Source: Candidatus Babelota bacterium
Lineage (GTDB): Bacteria; Babelota; Babeliae; Babelales; Babelaceae
Direction of reading: 5' to 3'
Length of the DNA stretch: 64,000 nucleotides
Assembly: GCA_013288045.1 (NCBI GenBank)
Contig: JABDCP010000003.1
Span: forward strand, 1,899 to 65,898
The notes beneath the pieces are model-generated. The model searched no databases. It was not told the DNA's origin and saw nothing but the letters and a program-made list of their open reading frames with translations. This document shows, in pieces, positions 36,781 through 45,303 of this stretch. How positions within the stretch are numbered: position 1 is the first letter of the stretch; every line of letters begins with the position of its first letter. A program made the position numbers and the translations under genes.

Positions 36781-38499
36781 TTATTCTGAAGCTGTTTTGG
36801 ACTGCTTATCTACGGCTTGGGCGTATCTTACAAGGAACTGATAGGCAACACGGATCGCATGACTAGATGAGCCTGCATGCTCTATAAGGATAATAAGGAC
36901 ACGGGGCTTTTCATGCTTATACTGTACATGCGCTGCAAAATACCCATGTGGCATATCTTTCTTTCGTATTGGCTGAGCATGACGTGCTCTAACCTGGGCA
37001 GTACCCGACTTTCCCTTGAGTTTAAATCCCTTTAGAGAGCCAAGCATAGAACCGGTACCTTGAGTAATTACCCCCTGTAGGCACTCTTGAATGTAGGAAA
37101 GCGTAGAAGGCCTTATGGATAAGAGTTCATGAACAATGGGGTCATCGGTGAGGATCCGAGGTCGTACCCGATAGCCGGTGCATACTGCCGATAGTAGACA
37201 GGCTATCTGTAAGGGGGTTACAAGAAGGGAGCTCTGTCCAATGGCAGCTGAAAGTGTTTCTCCGGGCCACCATGGTTCATTTTTTACTCTTCTTTTCCAT
37301 TGGGAGGTTGGAATGAGCCCCTGCTGTTCAGGGAATAATATTCCTGTCTTGTTTCCGAGTCCAAGATCTTGTGCGTACCAGGCAAGGGTGTCTATTGAAA
37401 GACGTTTTCCGATCTCATAAAAGGGCTGATTGCAGGAAAGGGCGAAGGCCTGTTTGGTTGTTAGGGCACCATGTACGGCATCATTGTTGCAATGGTAGTG
37501 TCTTCCCTTGAAATCAGTATAGCCCCGACAGTTCCAATGCGTATGAGGGGTGACAATGCCTGTTTCAAGGCCAGCTGCGAGGCTTACCAGCTTAAAAAGG
37601 GACGCAGGAGGGTAACATGCGCTGAAGGCCCGATTCATGAAGCCTTTTTTCTCCTGCAGAAGGCCCCATTGAGAGTGGGTAATAGGTTTAAGAAAGATAT
37701 TTGGATCAAATGAAGGTCGTGAGAGAACTACTTCAAGGGCCCCGTCCTCGTCCATAAAGATGATGCTCCCTTCAAGATCCTGAGGAAATATCTCTTCAGC
37801 AAACTGTTGAAAAGATAGGTTTAAGGTCGTTTGAAGTGTTTTACCGGCAAGGGCGTGGGAGATGGTATGGGCATGTAGAGGGTTGCCTATGGCATTGGTA
37901 ACCTTAAGTATTTGTCCTGCTTGGCCCTGGAGATCTTCTTCATACAACCTCTCAAGTCCCATTTTTCCTTGGAGAGATTCTTTAACGCTTAGGTACCCAA
38001 TAATATGACAGGCGGTGGTGCTGTAAGGATAGCATCGCTCATAGGTCTGCTTTATAGAAAGATTCCTGGAGGTAGGTAGAGTTTCAAGAACTGTGCTGAG
38101 CTGCTCATAGGAAATATCATGAACAAGCTTAAGTTTCGAAGAACGTCTCTCAGCTATTTCTATATCTTGCAGGACTTCTTGGTCGAGATTGCATATAAGG
38201 AGAGCTTGTTGCGCACTCTGCCGTTGTCCTGCTGAAAGGGTTACCTTACCGCTGCCTTCCCACAGTAATGAATAGACCGGTCTGTTTGTGACAAGCAGCG
38301 TACCCTGTTGGTCGGTAATGTTTCCTCGAGGTGAGGCAACCTTTTCCGTTCTGAGATAGTTACGCTTACTCAGGCTCTTAAACTGATGCATCTGACTAAT
38401 TTGTAGATGGAATAAATAAAGTACGATCGTTGAAAGCGCGAAGAATATCAGGAAAAGTATATGCCTCATTCGTGCTGAAAAAATGTGGGGAATATACAT
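36781..38499 (-). CDS. mrdA: Penicillin-binding protein 2 (elongation transpeptidase)
   Basis: Motifs are SxxK (ASLFKLV), SxN (SCN) and KSG (KGKSGTA), with an N-terminal TM anchor. A GGGAG SD sits in the 9-nt gap after the upstream regulator gene. Confidence 0.9.
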   Translation of the reverse strand: MYIPHIFSARMRHILFLIFFALSTIVLYLFHLQISQMHQFKSLSKRNYLRTEKVASPRGNITDQQGTLLVTNRPVYSLLWEGSGKVTLSAGQRQSAQQALLICNLDQEVLQDIEIAERRSSKLKLVHDISYEQLSTVLETLPTSRNLSIKQTYERCYPYSTTACHIIGYLSVKESLQGKMGLERLYEEDLQGQAGQILKVTNAIGNPLHAHTISHALAGKTLQTTLNLSFQQFAEEIFPQDLEGSIIFMDEDGALEVVLSRPSFDPNIFLKPITHSQWGLLQEKKGFMNRAFSACYPPASLFKLVSLAAGLETGIVTPHTHWNCRGYTDFKGRHYHCNNDAVHGALTTKQAFALSCNQPFYEIGKRLSIDTLAWYAQDLGLGNKTGILFPEQQGLIPTSQWKRRVKNEPWWPGETLSAAIGQSSLLVTPLQIACLLSAVCTGYRVRPRILTDDPIVHELLSIRPSTLSYIQECLQGVITQGTGSMLGSLKGFKLKGKSGTAQVRARHAQPIRKKDMPHGYFAAHVQYKHEKPRVLIILIEHAGSSSHAIRVAYQFLVRYAQAVDKQSKTASE

Positions 38500-38508
38500 A
38501 ATACTCCC

Positions 38509-41223
38509 TTATTTAAGGTTGTATTCTTGACAGCGTCTATTAACTGATGAGCGGTTAACCCCTAAGAGGGTAGCAATTTTGCTTTGACTTTTGAACTTCT
38601 GCCAAAGGACAGCCATGACATGAGGATCCTTGAGAGCTTTTTTGCCAAGTCGCACTGCATGGGCAATGTCTGGATCTGAAACGTTATAAGCGGGATCAAA
38701 TTTAGTAACCTCAGAAATATTATGCTTACTCGATTTTTGCACAAGGAGTTGATGTACTCGATCTTTAAAAGCACGTAAGCTTAATGGCCGTTCATCATAG
38801 AGTTTTGAGGTATCTTTATCCGTTAATGAGAGCAGGTTTTTATAGGTATCTTCAGTAACAATTTGATCGGCAAATCCTTGCGCTAAAGCGGTGACCTCTG
38901 GTTCTGAAAGCTCATGCATTGGAGGCATAACTAATGAGGTTTGTTCAAGCTCATCATAGAGCTCCTGACAGAATACGCCTTCATGGACAAGCTGCAGAAG
39001 ATTTTTGTTGGTTGAACAGATAATGCGAACGTTACTAAATACTTTATGATCGCTCTTAAATTTATGAAAATAACCAAGTGAAATGAATTCTGCTAAATAA
39101 TTCTGAGTCTCTGTTCCTAAATATTCAACATTCTGGATAAAGAGGGTTCCGATATTATCTAGTTTTTCAAGCAAGGGCTGAATGCCATCTTTTTTTATGA
39201 GCGGATTATGGCCAAAGAGTTTTATAGCAACATCGTCCTGTTTCTCAGGAGAAGTAAGTTTTATAGTGTGGAGTGATTGTCGAAGGCTTATGCTATGGAG
39301 TACTTCAACCGTTGGTATAAGATCTTCCTCAGGCAGATCAAGGAGCGTAGCTTTTTTACCTAATGCTGTTGAAAGCAAGTTAATTTTAAAGGAAAGGAGC
39401 TTTTCGCTATTTCCTGGTATAAGTCTGTTTATTAATTGACCTGATTGTGTCGTTTCTAAATAGAGAACATAGTCCCACATGGAAGGATCTTTGAGCTCAT
39501 CAAAATGAGTTTTAATGATGTCCGATACTTCAGGATAATGAATCAAGACGATCGTTGCCCGCTCTTCAAGGCTTGGGATACCATTTATAATAATTTTTTG
39601 TCCTTTTGCGTCATGTGCAAAGGTAGTTTGTGAGGTCTTAAATTCTTGTACACGACGAGCAAGTGTTCGGATTGCCTGAGTAAGTGGGTGGCCTTCGTTC
39701 GCATTTAAATCTATCCCGACAAGCTCTTGAGCGGCCTCATTTGCTAGCGTGAACTTACGATACTTATAAAAGAGGATGCCGACTTTACGCTCTTTATTGG
39801 AGCGTAGGAAGGATCGGATACTTTCCTTATATTGATTAATTTCTTGGTGCTTGTAATACAGCTCTTCACTAATCACTTTATGTCTCTGATGAAGTGCCTC
39901 TAAATTACTATATTTGAGAATGTTAATAATATTACTTACATAGGTGGTAAACACGAGCATCTCATCTCGATCTTTATTAGTGTACAGTTTGCCCGGTCGT
40001 GCATCACGCTCTACAATGATATAGGCGGATATACCAGATCGCTCAAAGATTGGGAGGAACACGTCGGCATTAATTTCGTTGAGGAATTGAAGAATTTCCT
40101 GATTTTGAGCATCATCTTCATAAAAGGCGGAAAAATGAATGTCGTCTCGTATAAATATTTTTAGTTTATGTAATGCCTGGGTAACCACTTCTTGCTTGTC
40201 GATATACTGCTCGACCTTAGCTGTTGTCTGGGCAATGTCATAGTAGTTGTGATCATCCTGCTCTGAATCGGCTTTACGAATATACAGTCTTACACGACCT
40301 AGAGGGATGCTAAAAGCAGTCTGAAAGAAACTCTGAGTGAGCTGGGCAAGCTCCTTGAGTGCACTTGCATAGCTTAGCTGCTCCAAAATATCTTTAAATT
40401 GTGTGATGAAGTTAAATTTCTGTTTTGATTCAACGGTCTTTCTGATATTAAGGAACCTTAGGCCTAACATTTTTTGAATAATGAGATAAATGGCGGCGCT
40501 ACTTAAGAGACTTGTAAGCGAGAGAACATTAAATCTATGATACCAGGCTGTCGGAATAATCCAGGCGAGTGTTTGACCGGAGTTATTAAGAAGGTCAAAG
40601 CCTATAAAGGGGATAAGGAAACTGGTAAATACACGAATATGTTGCCGCAAAATAGTAGGAATTTCTCGGTTACTATCACGCAGTACCCTATAAAATAGGG
40701 GAATGAGAAGGAAAAAGAGCAAGTAAAAATGAATCGCTTGGATAAGGTCCATCTCAAAATTGACAGTTCTTGGATTGAGCGGAGGAAGTCCATAATTAAT
40801 AAAAGCGTGATAGAGATACGTGCAACTGATGGCAATATTAACTAGTATATGAAAGATAGTCGTGAGGGGATGCAAGGTGATTCGTTTGTGAAGCAAAAAT
40901 TCAAAGAAAAGTGCAATCGTTTGAATTTGCGTTATGTAAATTGACCAACATATACGACAATAGAGGGTGAAGGCAGGGATATCTCCCACAAGGTGATTGA
41001 TATCCCTAATCCAATATTGCAAGATAAAGGTAAGGTCATTTGCAAGTAATCCACCAAGGAAAAACAAAAGACAGACCAGGAGCATCCGGCGGCTTTTTGC
41101 TGAGAAATAGTAGAATATACAGCCAAAGAAAATGATCGCTTTAAAAAGCCACGCACCAATCATAATGCCAAGGGTGACATACTGATTACTCAATAGCGTA
41201 TAAATGGAACTTAGATATTGCAT
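38509..41223 (-). CDS. Polytopic-membrane regulator: multi-TM N-domain, GAF-like, PAS-like, degenerate sigma-54-activator-type AAA+ domain, Fis-type HTH
   Basis: 904 aa, with the first ~270 aa hydrophobic and multi-pass. GTLFIQNVEYL...VRIICSTNKNLLQLVHEGVFCQELYDEL aligns to the NtrC-family GTLFLDEI...VRIIAATN...EGKFREDLYYRL. However, the Walker A position reads LPEEDLIP, Walker B DE is QN, and GAFTGA is absent (KLFGHNPLIKKDG). The C-terminal HTH is IATLLGVNRSSVNRRCQEYNL. Confidence 0.7.
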   Translation of the reverse strand: MQYLSSIYTLLSNQYVTLGIMIGAWLFKAIIFFGCIFYYFSAKSRRMLLVCLLFFLGGLLANDLTFILQYWIRDINHLVGDIPAFTLYCRICWSIYITQIQTIALFFEFLLHKRITLHPLTTIFHILVNIAISCTYLYHAFINYGLPPLNPRTVNFEMDLIQAIHFYLLFFLLIPLFYRVLRDSNREIPTILRQHIRVFTSFLIPFIGFDLLNNSGQTLAWIIPTAWYHRFNVLSLTSLLSSAAIYLIIQKMLGLRFLNIRKTVESKQKFNFITQFKDILEQLSYASALKELAQLTQSFFQTAFSIPLGRVRLYIRKADSEQDDHNYYDIAQTTAKVEQYIDKQEVVTQALHKLKIFIRDDIHFSAFYEDDAQNQEILQFLNEINADVFLPIFERSGISAYIIVERDARPGKLYTNKDRDEMLVFTTYVSNIINILKYSNLEALHQRHKVISEELYYKHQEINQYKESIRSFLRSNKERKVGILFYKYRKFTLANEAAQELVGIDLNANEGHPLTQAIRTLARRVQEFKTSQTTFAHDAKGQKIIINGIPSLEERATIVLIHYPEVSDIIKTHFDELKDPSMWDYVLYLETTQSGQLINRLIPGNSEKLLSFKINLLSTALGKKATLLDLPEEDLIPTVEVLHSISLRQSLHTIKLTSPEKQDDVAIKLFGHNPLIKKDGIQPLLEKLDNIGTLFIQNVEYLGTETQNYLAEFISLGYFHKFKSDHKVFSNVRIICSTNKNLLQLVHEGVFCQELYDELEQTSLVMPPMHELSEPEVTALAQGFADQIVTEDTYKNLLSLTDKDTSKLYDERPLSLRAFKDRVHQLLVQKSSKHNISEVTKFDPAYNVSDPDIAHAVRLGKKALKDPHVMAVLWQKFKSQSKIATLLGVNRSSVNRRCQEYNLK

Positions 41224-41239
41224 AGGTCTAAACTTTTTG

Positions 41240-41267
41240 TTGACTTTTGAGGAAACTGTTATAGAAT
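41240..41267 (+). promoter_or_regulatory. Sigma-70-type promoter, cassette 1
   Basis: TTGACT (41240-41245), 16-nt spacer, TAGAAT (41262-41267). The spacer sequence is almost identical in all three cassettes. The -35 lies 17 nt from the divergent regulator ATG. Confidence 0.6.
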
Positions 41268-41401
41268 CACTTTACAGAAAATCTAATCAAAAAGAGTTTA
41301 ACTCCGTAGCAGCTAATGTCAAATTATGCGCAATGGTTGCTACTTGAAGCTAAGGAATTGTAGTTGGTGGTTTTTTAACATATTTTCAAAAAGGAGTAAC
41401 G

Positions 41402-41524
41402 ATGGCTAAACTAATTGTTAGCGCATTGTTCGCTATACTAATGACTGGTGCAGTAGCTGAAGTTTCTGCACAGACTCGGTCCGAGGCAGCTAAAACGTAT
41501 GCAATCGCCCCGTTTCCGTTCTAA
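41402..41524 (+). CDS. Small secreted peptide precursor 1 (40 aa)
   Basis: AGGAG lies 5 nt before the ATG. Product is MAKLIVSALFAILMTGAVAEVSAQTRSEAAKTYAIAPFPF, with a signal-peptide-like N-half and a VSA|Q site. Changes relative to copy 2 are mostly synonymous. Confidence 0.7.
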   Translation: MAKLIVSALFAILMTGAVAEVSAQTRSEAAKTYAIAPFPF

Positions 41525-41540
41525 AGTATTTTAACTATAA

Positions 41541-41574
41541 AGAAAGAACCCCTCGAATTCGAGGGGTTCTTTCT
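41541..41574 (+). terminator. Terminator, cassette 1
   Basis: agaaagaacccctcg - aatt - cgaggggttctttct: a 15-bp perfect stem with a T-rich tail. Confidence 0.8.
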
Positions 41575-41671
41575 TATAGTTAGGTTTCGCAGCTACTAGT
41601 GCTGGGAATGTGCCCCAAACCTCTGCTTTTAAAGTGTATTGTTCTCCCTAAGAATTTCCTATTCACTTTGG

Positions 41672-41699
41672 TTGACTTTTGAAGAAACCGTTATAGAAT
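41672..41699 (+). promoter_or_regulatory. Sigma-70-type promoter, cassette 2
   Basis: TTGACT (41672-41677), 16-nt spacer, TAGAAT (41694-41699). Confidence 0.6.
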
Positions 41700-41826
41700 A
41701 ATTTATAAGAACCGTACATAAAAATAATATAACTTCGAGCAGCAGCTTATAGTAATTACTTGGCGGCTGTTTGGGTTTTGAGAATTGTGGTGGGTTGGTT
41801 TTATTATTATTCAAACAGGAGTGACG

Positions 41827-41949
41827 ATGACAAAGCTAATTCTTGGTGCTTTGCTTGCTATGTTAATGATTGGTGCAGTAGTTGAAGTTTCTGCACAGAC
41901 TCGGTCAGAGGCCACCAAAACATATGCGGTCTGCCCATTTCCGTTCTAA
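41827..41949 (+). CDS. Small secreted peptide precursor 2 (40 aa)
   Basis: AGGAG lies 5 nt before the ATG. Product is MTKLILGALLAMLMIGAVVEVSAQTRSEATKTYAVCPFPF. Confidence 0.7.
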   Translation: MTKLILGALLAMLMIGAVVEVSAQTRSEATKTYAVCPFPF

Positions 41950-41965
41950 CTTATTCTAACTATAC

Positions 41966-42003
41966 AAGGAAGAACCCCTCGAATCTAGAGGGGTTCTTCC
42001 TTT
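41966..42003 (+). terminator. Terminator, cassette 2
   Basis: aaggaagaacccctc - gaatcta - gaggggttcttcctt: a 15-bp perfect stem. Confidence 0.8.
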
Positions 42004-42090
42004 ATGGCTAAGGTGTCGAGGCTATCATTGAGGGGAAAGCACCCCAAATTGTATGTACGTTAGATCTAAGATTTTCCAGTTCACTTTTGG

Positions 42091-42118
42091 TTGACTTTCG
42101 AGAGAACTGTTATAGAAT
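42091..42118 (+). promoter_or_regulatory. Sigma-70-type promoter, cassette 3
   Basis: TTGACT (42091-42096), 16-nt spacer, TAGAAT (42113-42118). Confidence 0.6.
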
Positions 42119-42233
42119 CCTCTGTAAGAACTGTACATAAAAATAATATGCCTGCGAGTAGCAGCTTATAATAGGCGGCTATTGGAGTTTTGAATTGTAG
42201 TGTGTTGTTTTATAGTATCCAATAGGAGTGTCT

Positions 42234-42359
42234 ATGACAAAGCTGATTTTTAGCGTATTGCTCGCTATATTAATGACAGGTGCAGTTGTTGAAATATCTG
42301 CGCAAGCAAAGCGTTCAACCGTTTCTGCAACTTGCACCGAAGCGCGGTTTCCGTTCTAA
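42234..42359 (+). CDS. Small secreted peptide precursor 3 (41 aa)
   Basis: AGGAG lies 5 nt before the ATG. Product is MTKLIFSVLLAILMTGAVVEISAQAKRSTVSATCTEARFPF. Confidence 0.65.
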   Translation: MTKLIFSVLLAILMTGAVVEISAQAKRSTVSATCTEARFPF

Positions 42360-42368
42360 GTTAAAGTT

Positions 42369-42409
42369 AAAAGAAAGAGCCCCTCGAATTTCGAGGGGCT
42401 CTTTCTTTT
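42369..42409. terminator. Bidirectional terminator shared by cassette 3 and the convergent regulator gene
   Basis: aaaagaaagagcccctc ... gaggggctctttctttt: a 17-bp perfect stem with A/T runs on both sides. It lies 24 nt from the stop of the 42433-45141 gene. Confidence 0.8.
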
Positions 42410-42432
42410 AATAATAGTTTTCAAGTTGGAGG

Positions 42433-45141
42433 CTAGTTGCTTCTCAAATTAAGCTCTCGGCATCTACGGTTCACCGAAGATCTATTCACACCAAGAAGAT
42501 GAGCAATTTTACTTTGATTTTTGAAGGTATACCAGAGCTGAGCCATTATGTGTGGATCGCGGAGTGCTTTTTTCCCTAGTCTTACAGCTTGAGCGATGAC
42601 CGGATCGGTAATACTATTCACCGGATCGATTTTCTCAATGTCTGTGATATTATGTGATCGGGACTTTTCAAGAAGCAGCTCTTGAATTCGCTCTTTAAGC
42701 TCTTGCAAGCTGAGAGGACATTCCTTGATAAGTTGTGAAGTTTCCTTTGGTGTGATACTCAAGAGGTCTTTGAACGTATCAGTAGTGATTAGTTGATCGG
42801 CATATCCTTGTGCAAGCAGGGTGATATCTTCATGAGCAAGGTCAGTTAATGAAGGGAGACTTATGGTAGTGGCTTGCAGCTGCTCAAAGAGCTCTCGAGA
42901 AAAGATTCCTTCATTCACTAATACAGAAAGATCTTTTGACGTTGAACAGATGATGCGGGCAGAGCTCATTATTTTTTGGTCGCTTTTTACTTTATAAAAG
43001 TACCCCATGCGGATGTACTGGGCCAAGGCCTCTTGTGAGGTGAGACTTAACAGTTCCAGATTTTGAATAAAGAGGGTGCCTGATTCATCGAGCTTGGTAA
43101 GCAGACTTTCAGATTGACTACCGCCCAGGAGGTCATTGATCCCAAAGAGCTGTGTGGAGATTTCATCATGCTGCTCATGTTGGGTAAGCTTGAGGGTGTA
43201 CAAGTTCCTCCTTAGACTTATCGAATGGAGTAATGTTACTGCTGAAAGCAGATCTTCCTCAGGCAACGAAAGAAGGACAGCTTTTCTGGTTAAGGCCGCA
43301 GAAAGAAGTCCAATTTTAAAGGACAAGAGTGCCTCAGAGGTGCCAGGAATAAGTTCATTAATAAGCCGCCCCGATTGGGTTGTTTCTAAATAGAGCACAT
43401 AGTCCCAACAGGAGGGATCTTTTAAATACCCAGCATGGGGTTTTAGCAAATCTGAAATTTCTGGATAGTAGAGGAGGAGTATACTTGAGGTCGTATCTGC
43501 ATTTGGAATACCTGAGATCACCAGCTTAGTGCCACGCGTATCCTTACCGTAGGCTATTTGTGCAGTTTTATACTGTTCAACCCGTTGTGCTACGGTCGTG
43601 CATACTTTGGTGAGTGGATGTCCTGAGAGCTTATTCAGATCAAAGCCCACGAGGTCATGAGCAGCTTCATTGGCATATGAAAAAGTGCGATTCTTATAGG
43701 ATATGATGCCGATTTTTCGCTCATGAGAGGTGCGCATGAATGAGCGTATCAGCTCCTTGTACTGATTAATTTCTTGATGCTTATGATAAAGTTCCTCAGT
43801 AAGCTGTTTCTTTTGTACATGCAACGCCTCCATACTACTCTGTTGCAGTGCGGAAATGACGTTACTTATATACGAGGTAAACACGAGCATTTCATCCCGT
43901 TCTTTATTTGTGTAGAGCTTATCAGGTCGTGCATCGCGTTCTACCATAATATAGGCAACTATCCTTGACTGTTCGTAAATTGGTACAAAGAGATCAGCAT
44001 GGATCAAATCAAGGAAAGCGAGAATCTTTCTGTTGAGATCTGAAGCCTCATAGAAATAGGAAAATTCTACGGAATCTCGAATAAATATTTTATCGCGGGC
44101 TAAAGCGGCACGTAATAATTCATCCTCTTTAAGAAATTGGTCAATTTTTAGCGCTGCTCCTATGGCTTCTGGCGAAGTGATCGCGGCATCTTTAATGAAG
44201 AGCCGGGTAAAACTGAGTCGTATACCGAAGGCTGTATGAAAAAAGGTCTGGGTGATATGGCCCAGTTCATTGACTGCTGAGGCATACCTCACCTGCTCCA
44301 AGATGTCCTTAAAATTAGTAAGAAAGTTAAAGGGTACCTTCGAGGTGACATCTGAATGTAGATTAAGCAATCTCAGGCCGAGCATTTTTTTGCTCAAAGT
44401 TATCAGAAGAATGGCACTGCAGAGGGCACCAAGAGTGGCCCAGGAGTATTGACCTAAGGGGAAAGGAATATGTGCCGCACTAAAAATGGTGTACCAGCCG
44501 TCACCAAACAGAAGCAAGGAAAAAGGAAAGAGGTACAGGAGGCATGATTGTGCCTGAACAGCCAAAATTTTAGGAAGTGTTCTGGTGCGTAGTTTTCGTA
44601 TAAGGAATATAAAAAGACCCAAATACAAGACAAATACATAACAATAACTCGCAGAAATTACGTTATGCTCAAGGAGATATTCGCTGCTTGATGTAACTAC
44701 CGGAATTCCATAATAGGCTCCCGCTTCATATAAGAAAAAGCTGGTGAACAGGAGATTGCACAGAAGGCTGAAAATATGAAGGAAGGTGCACTTAATTCTT
44801 TGGGTTAAGAGGTATTCAAAAAAGAGGACTAATGCCTGATGTGCAGTTATGAAAAGACTCAAAGAAATCCGGCAATAGAGGGTAAAAAGGGGGATGTCGC
44901 CCTGTATTTCAAGAATCCTTCGTAAGACGACCGATCCAATATAGGTAGCATCATCAAGGAGCGTTCCGAAAAGAAATATGAGTAACAGAAAAAGAGGTGC
45001 CCTGAGCTGTGGTTTATTATACCAGAACTTGACAATAAACCGACTAATAACGAGCTTGGCAATGCCCACAAGGATGAGAGCGCTACACGTTATATACGGA
45101 TTAACAAGGAAGGAGGTGAGTGCTTCCAATAAGTGGTTCAT
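42433..45141 (-). CDS. Paralogue of the 38509-41223 membrane regulator (same architecture)
   Basis: Colinear with the first regulator along its full length, e.g. GDIPLFTLYCRISLS, FNFLTNFKDILEQVRYASA, AYIMVERDARPDKLYTNKERDEMLVFT and GTLFIQNLELL..ARIICSTSKDL, with HTH IAHLLGVNRSSVNRRCRELNL. I chose ATG 45141 (MNHLLEAL) because it aligns with the paralogue's N-terminus; the tracked ORF starts at TTG 45213. Confidence 0.7.
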   Translation of the reverse strand: MNHLLEALTSFLVNPYITCSALILVGIAKLVISRFIVKFWYNKPQLRAPLFLLLIFLFGTLLDDATYIGSVVLRRILEIQGDIPLFTLYCRISLSLFITAHQALVLFFEYLLTQRIKCTFLHIFSLLCNLLFTSFFLYEAGAYYGIPVVTSSSEYLLEHNVISASYCYVFVLYLGLFIFLIRKLRTRTLPKILAVQAQSCLLYLFPFSLLLFGDGWYTIFSAAHIPFPLGQYSWATLGALCSAILLITLSKKMLGLRLLNLHSDVTSKVPFNFLTNFKDILEQVRYASAVNELGHITQTFFHTAFGIRLSFTRLFIKDAAITSPEAIGAALKIDQFLKEDELLRAALARDKIFIRDSVEFSYFYEASDLNRKILAFLDLIHADLFVPIYEQSRIVAYIMVERDARPDKLYTNKERDEMLVFTSYISNVISALQQSSMEALHVQKKQLTEELYHKHQEINQYKELIRSFMRTSHERKIGIISYKNRTFSYANEAAHDLVGFDLNKLSGHPLTKVCTTVAQRVEQYKTAQIAYGKDTRGTKLVISGIPNADTTSSILLLYYPEISDLLKPHAGYLKDPSCWDYVLYLETTQSGRLINELIPGTSEALLSFKIGLLSAALTRKAVLLSLPEEDLLSAVTLLHSISLRRNLYTLKLTQHEQHDEISTQLFGINDLLGGSQSESLLTKLDESGTLFIQNLELLSLTSQEALAQYIRMGYFYKVKSDQKIMSSARIICSTSKDLSVLVNEGIFSRELFEQLQATTISLPSLTDLAHEDITLLAQGYADQLITTDTFKDLLSITPKETSQLIKECPLSLQELKERIQELLLEKSRSHNITDIEKIDPVNSITDPVIAQAVRLGKKALRDPHIMAQLWYTFKNQSKIAHLLGVNRSSVNRRCRELNLRSN

Positions 45142-45303
45142 TGACAATGTCTCTAGTCCCTCACAGGAGGGTATATATAAAATGAGTACTGCTTGTATTA
45201 TTAATTTAAACAAATTGGTCTATTGGTCAAATGGTTGGGCGTCTCCTTTGTTGTCTAATGGGCAGTAAAAAGGTAAAGTAGCACATAGGTAGCAAGGAGT
45301 GGC

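Larger units (their letters stand above)
41224..42432 (+). repeat. Three tandem ~420-430 bp cassettes (promoter, leader, mini-ORF, terminator)
   Basis: Cassette landmarks recur with offsets of 432 and 419 bp (the -35 elements are at 41240, 41672, 42091). Confidence 0.9.

Noticed and set aside
41224-42120. Sigma-54 (-24/-12) promoters upstream of the mini-ORFs, as might be expected next to enhancer-binding-protein-like regulators.
   Set aside because: No TGGCAC-N5-TTGC element is present. The conserved elements fit TTGACT-16-TAGAAT instead, and the regulators lack the GAFTGA loop needed to contact sigma-54.
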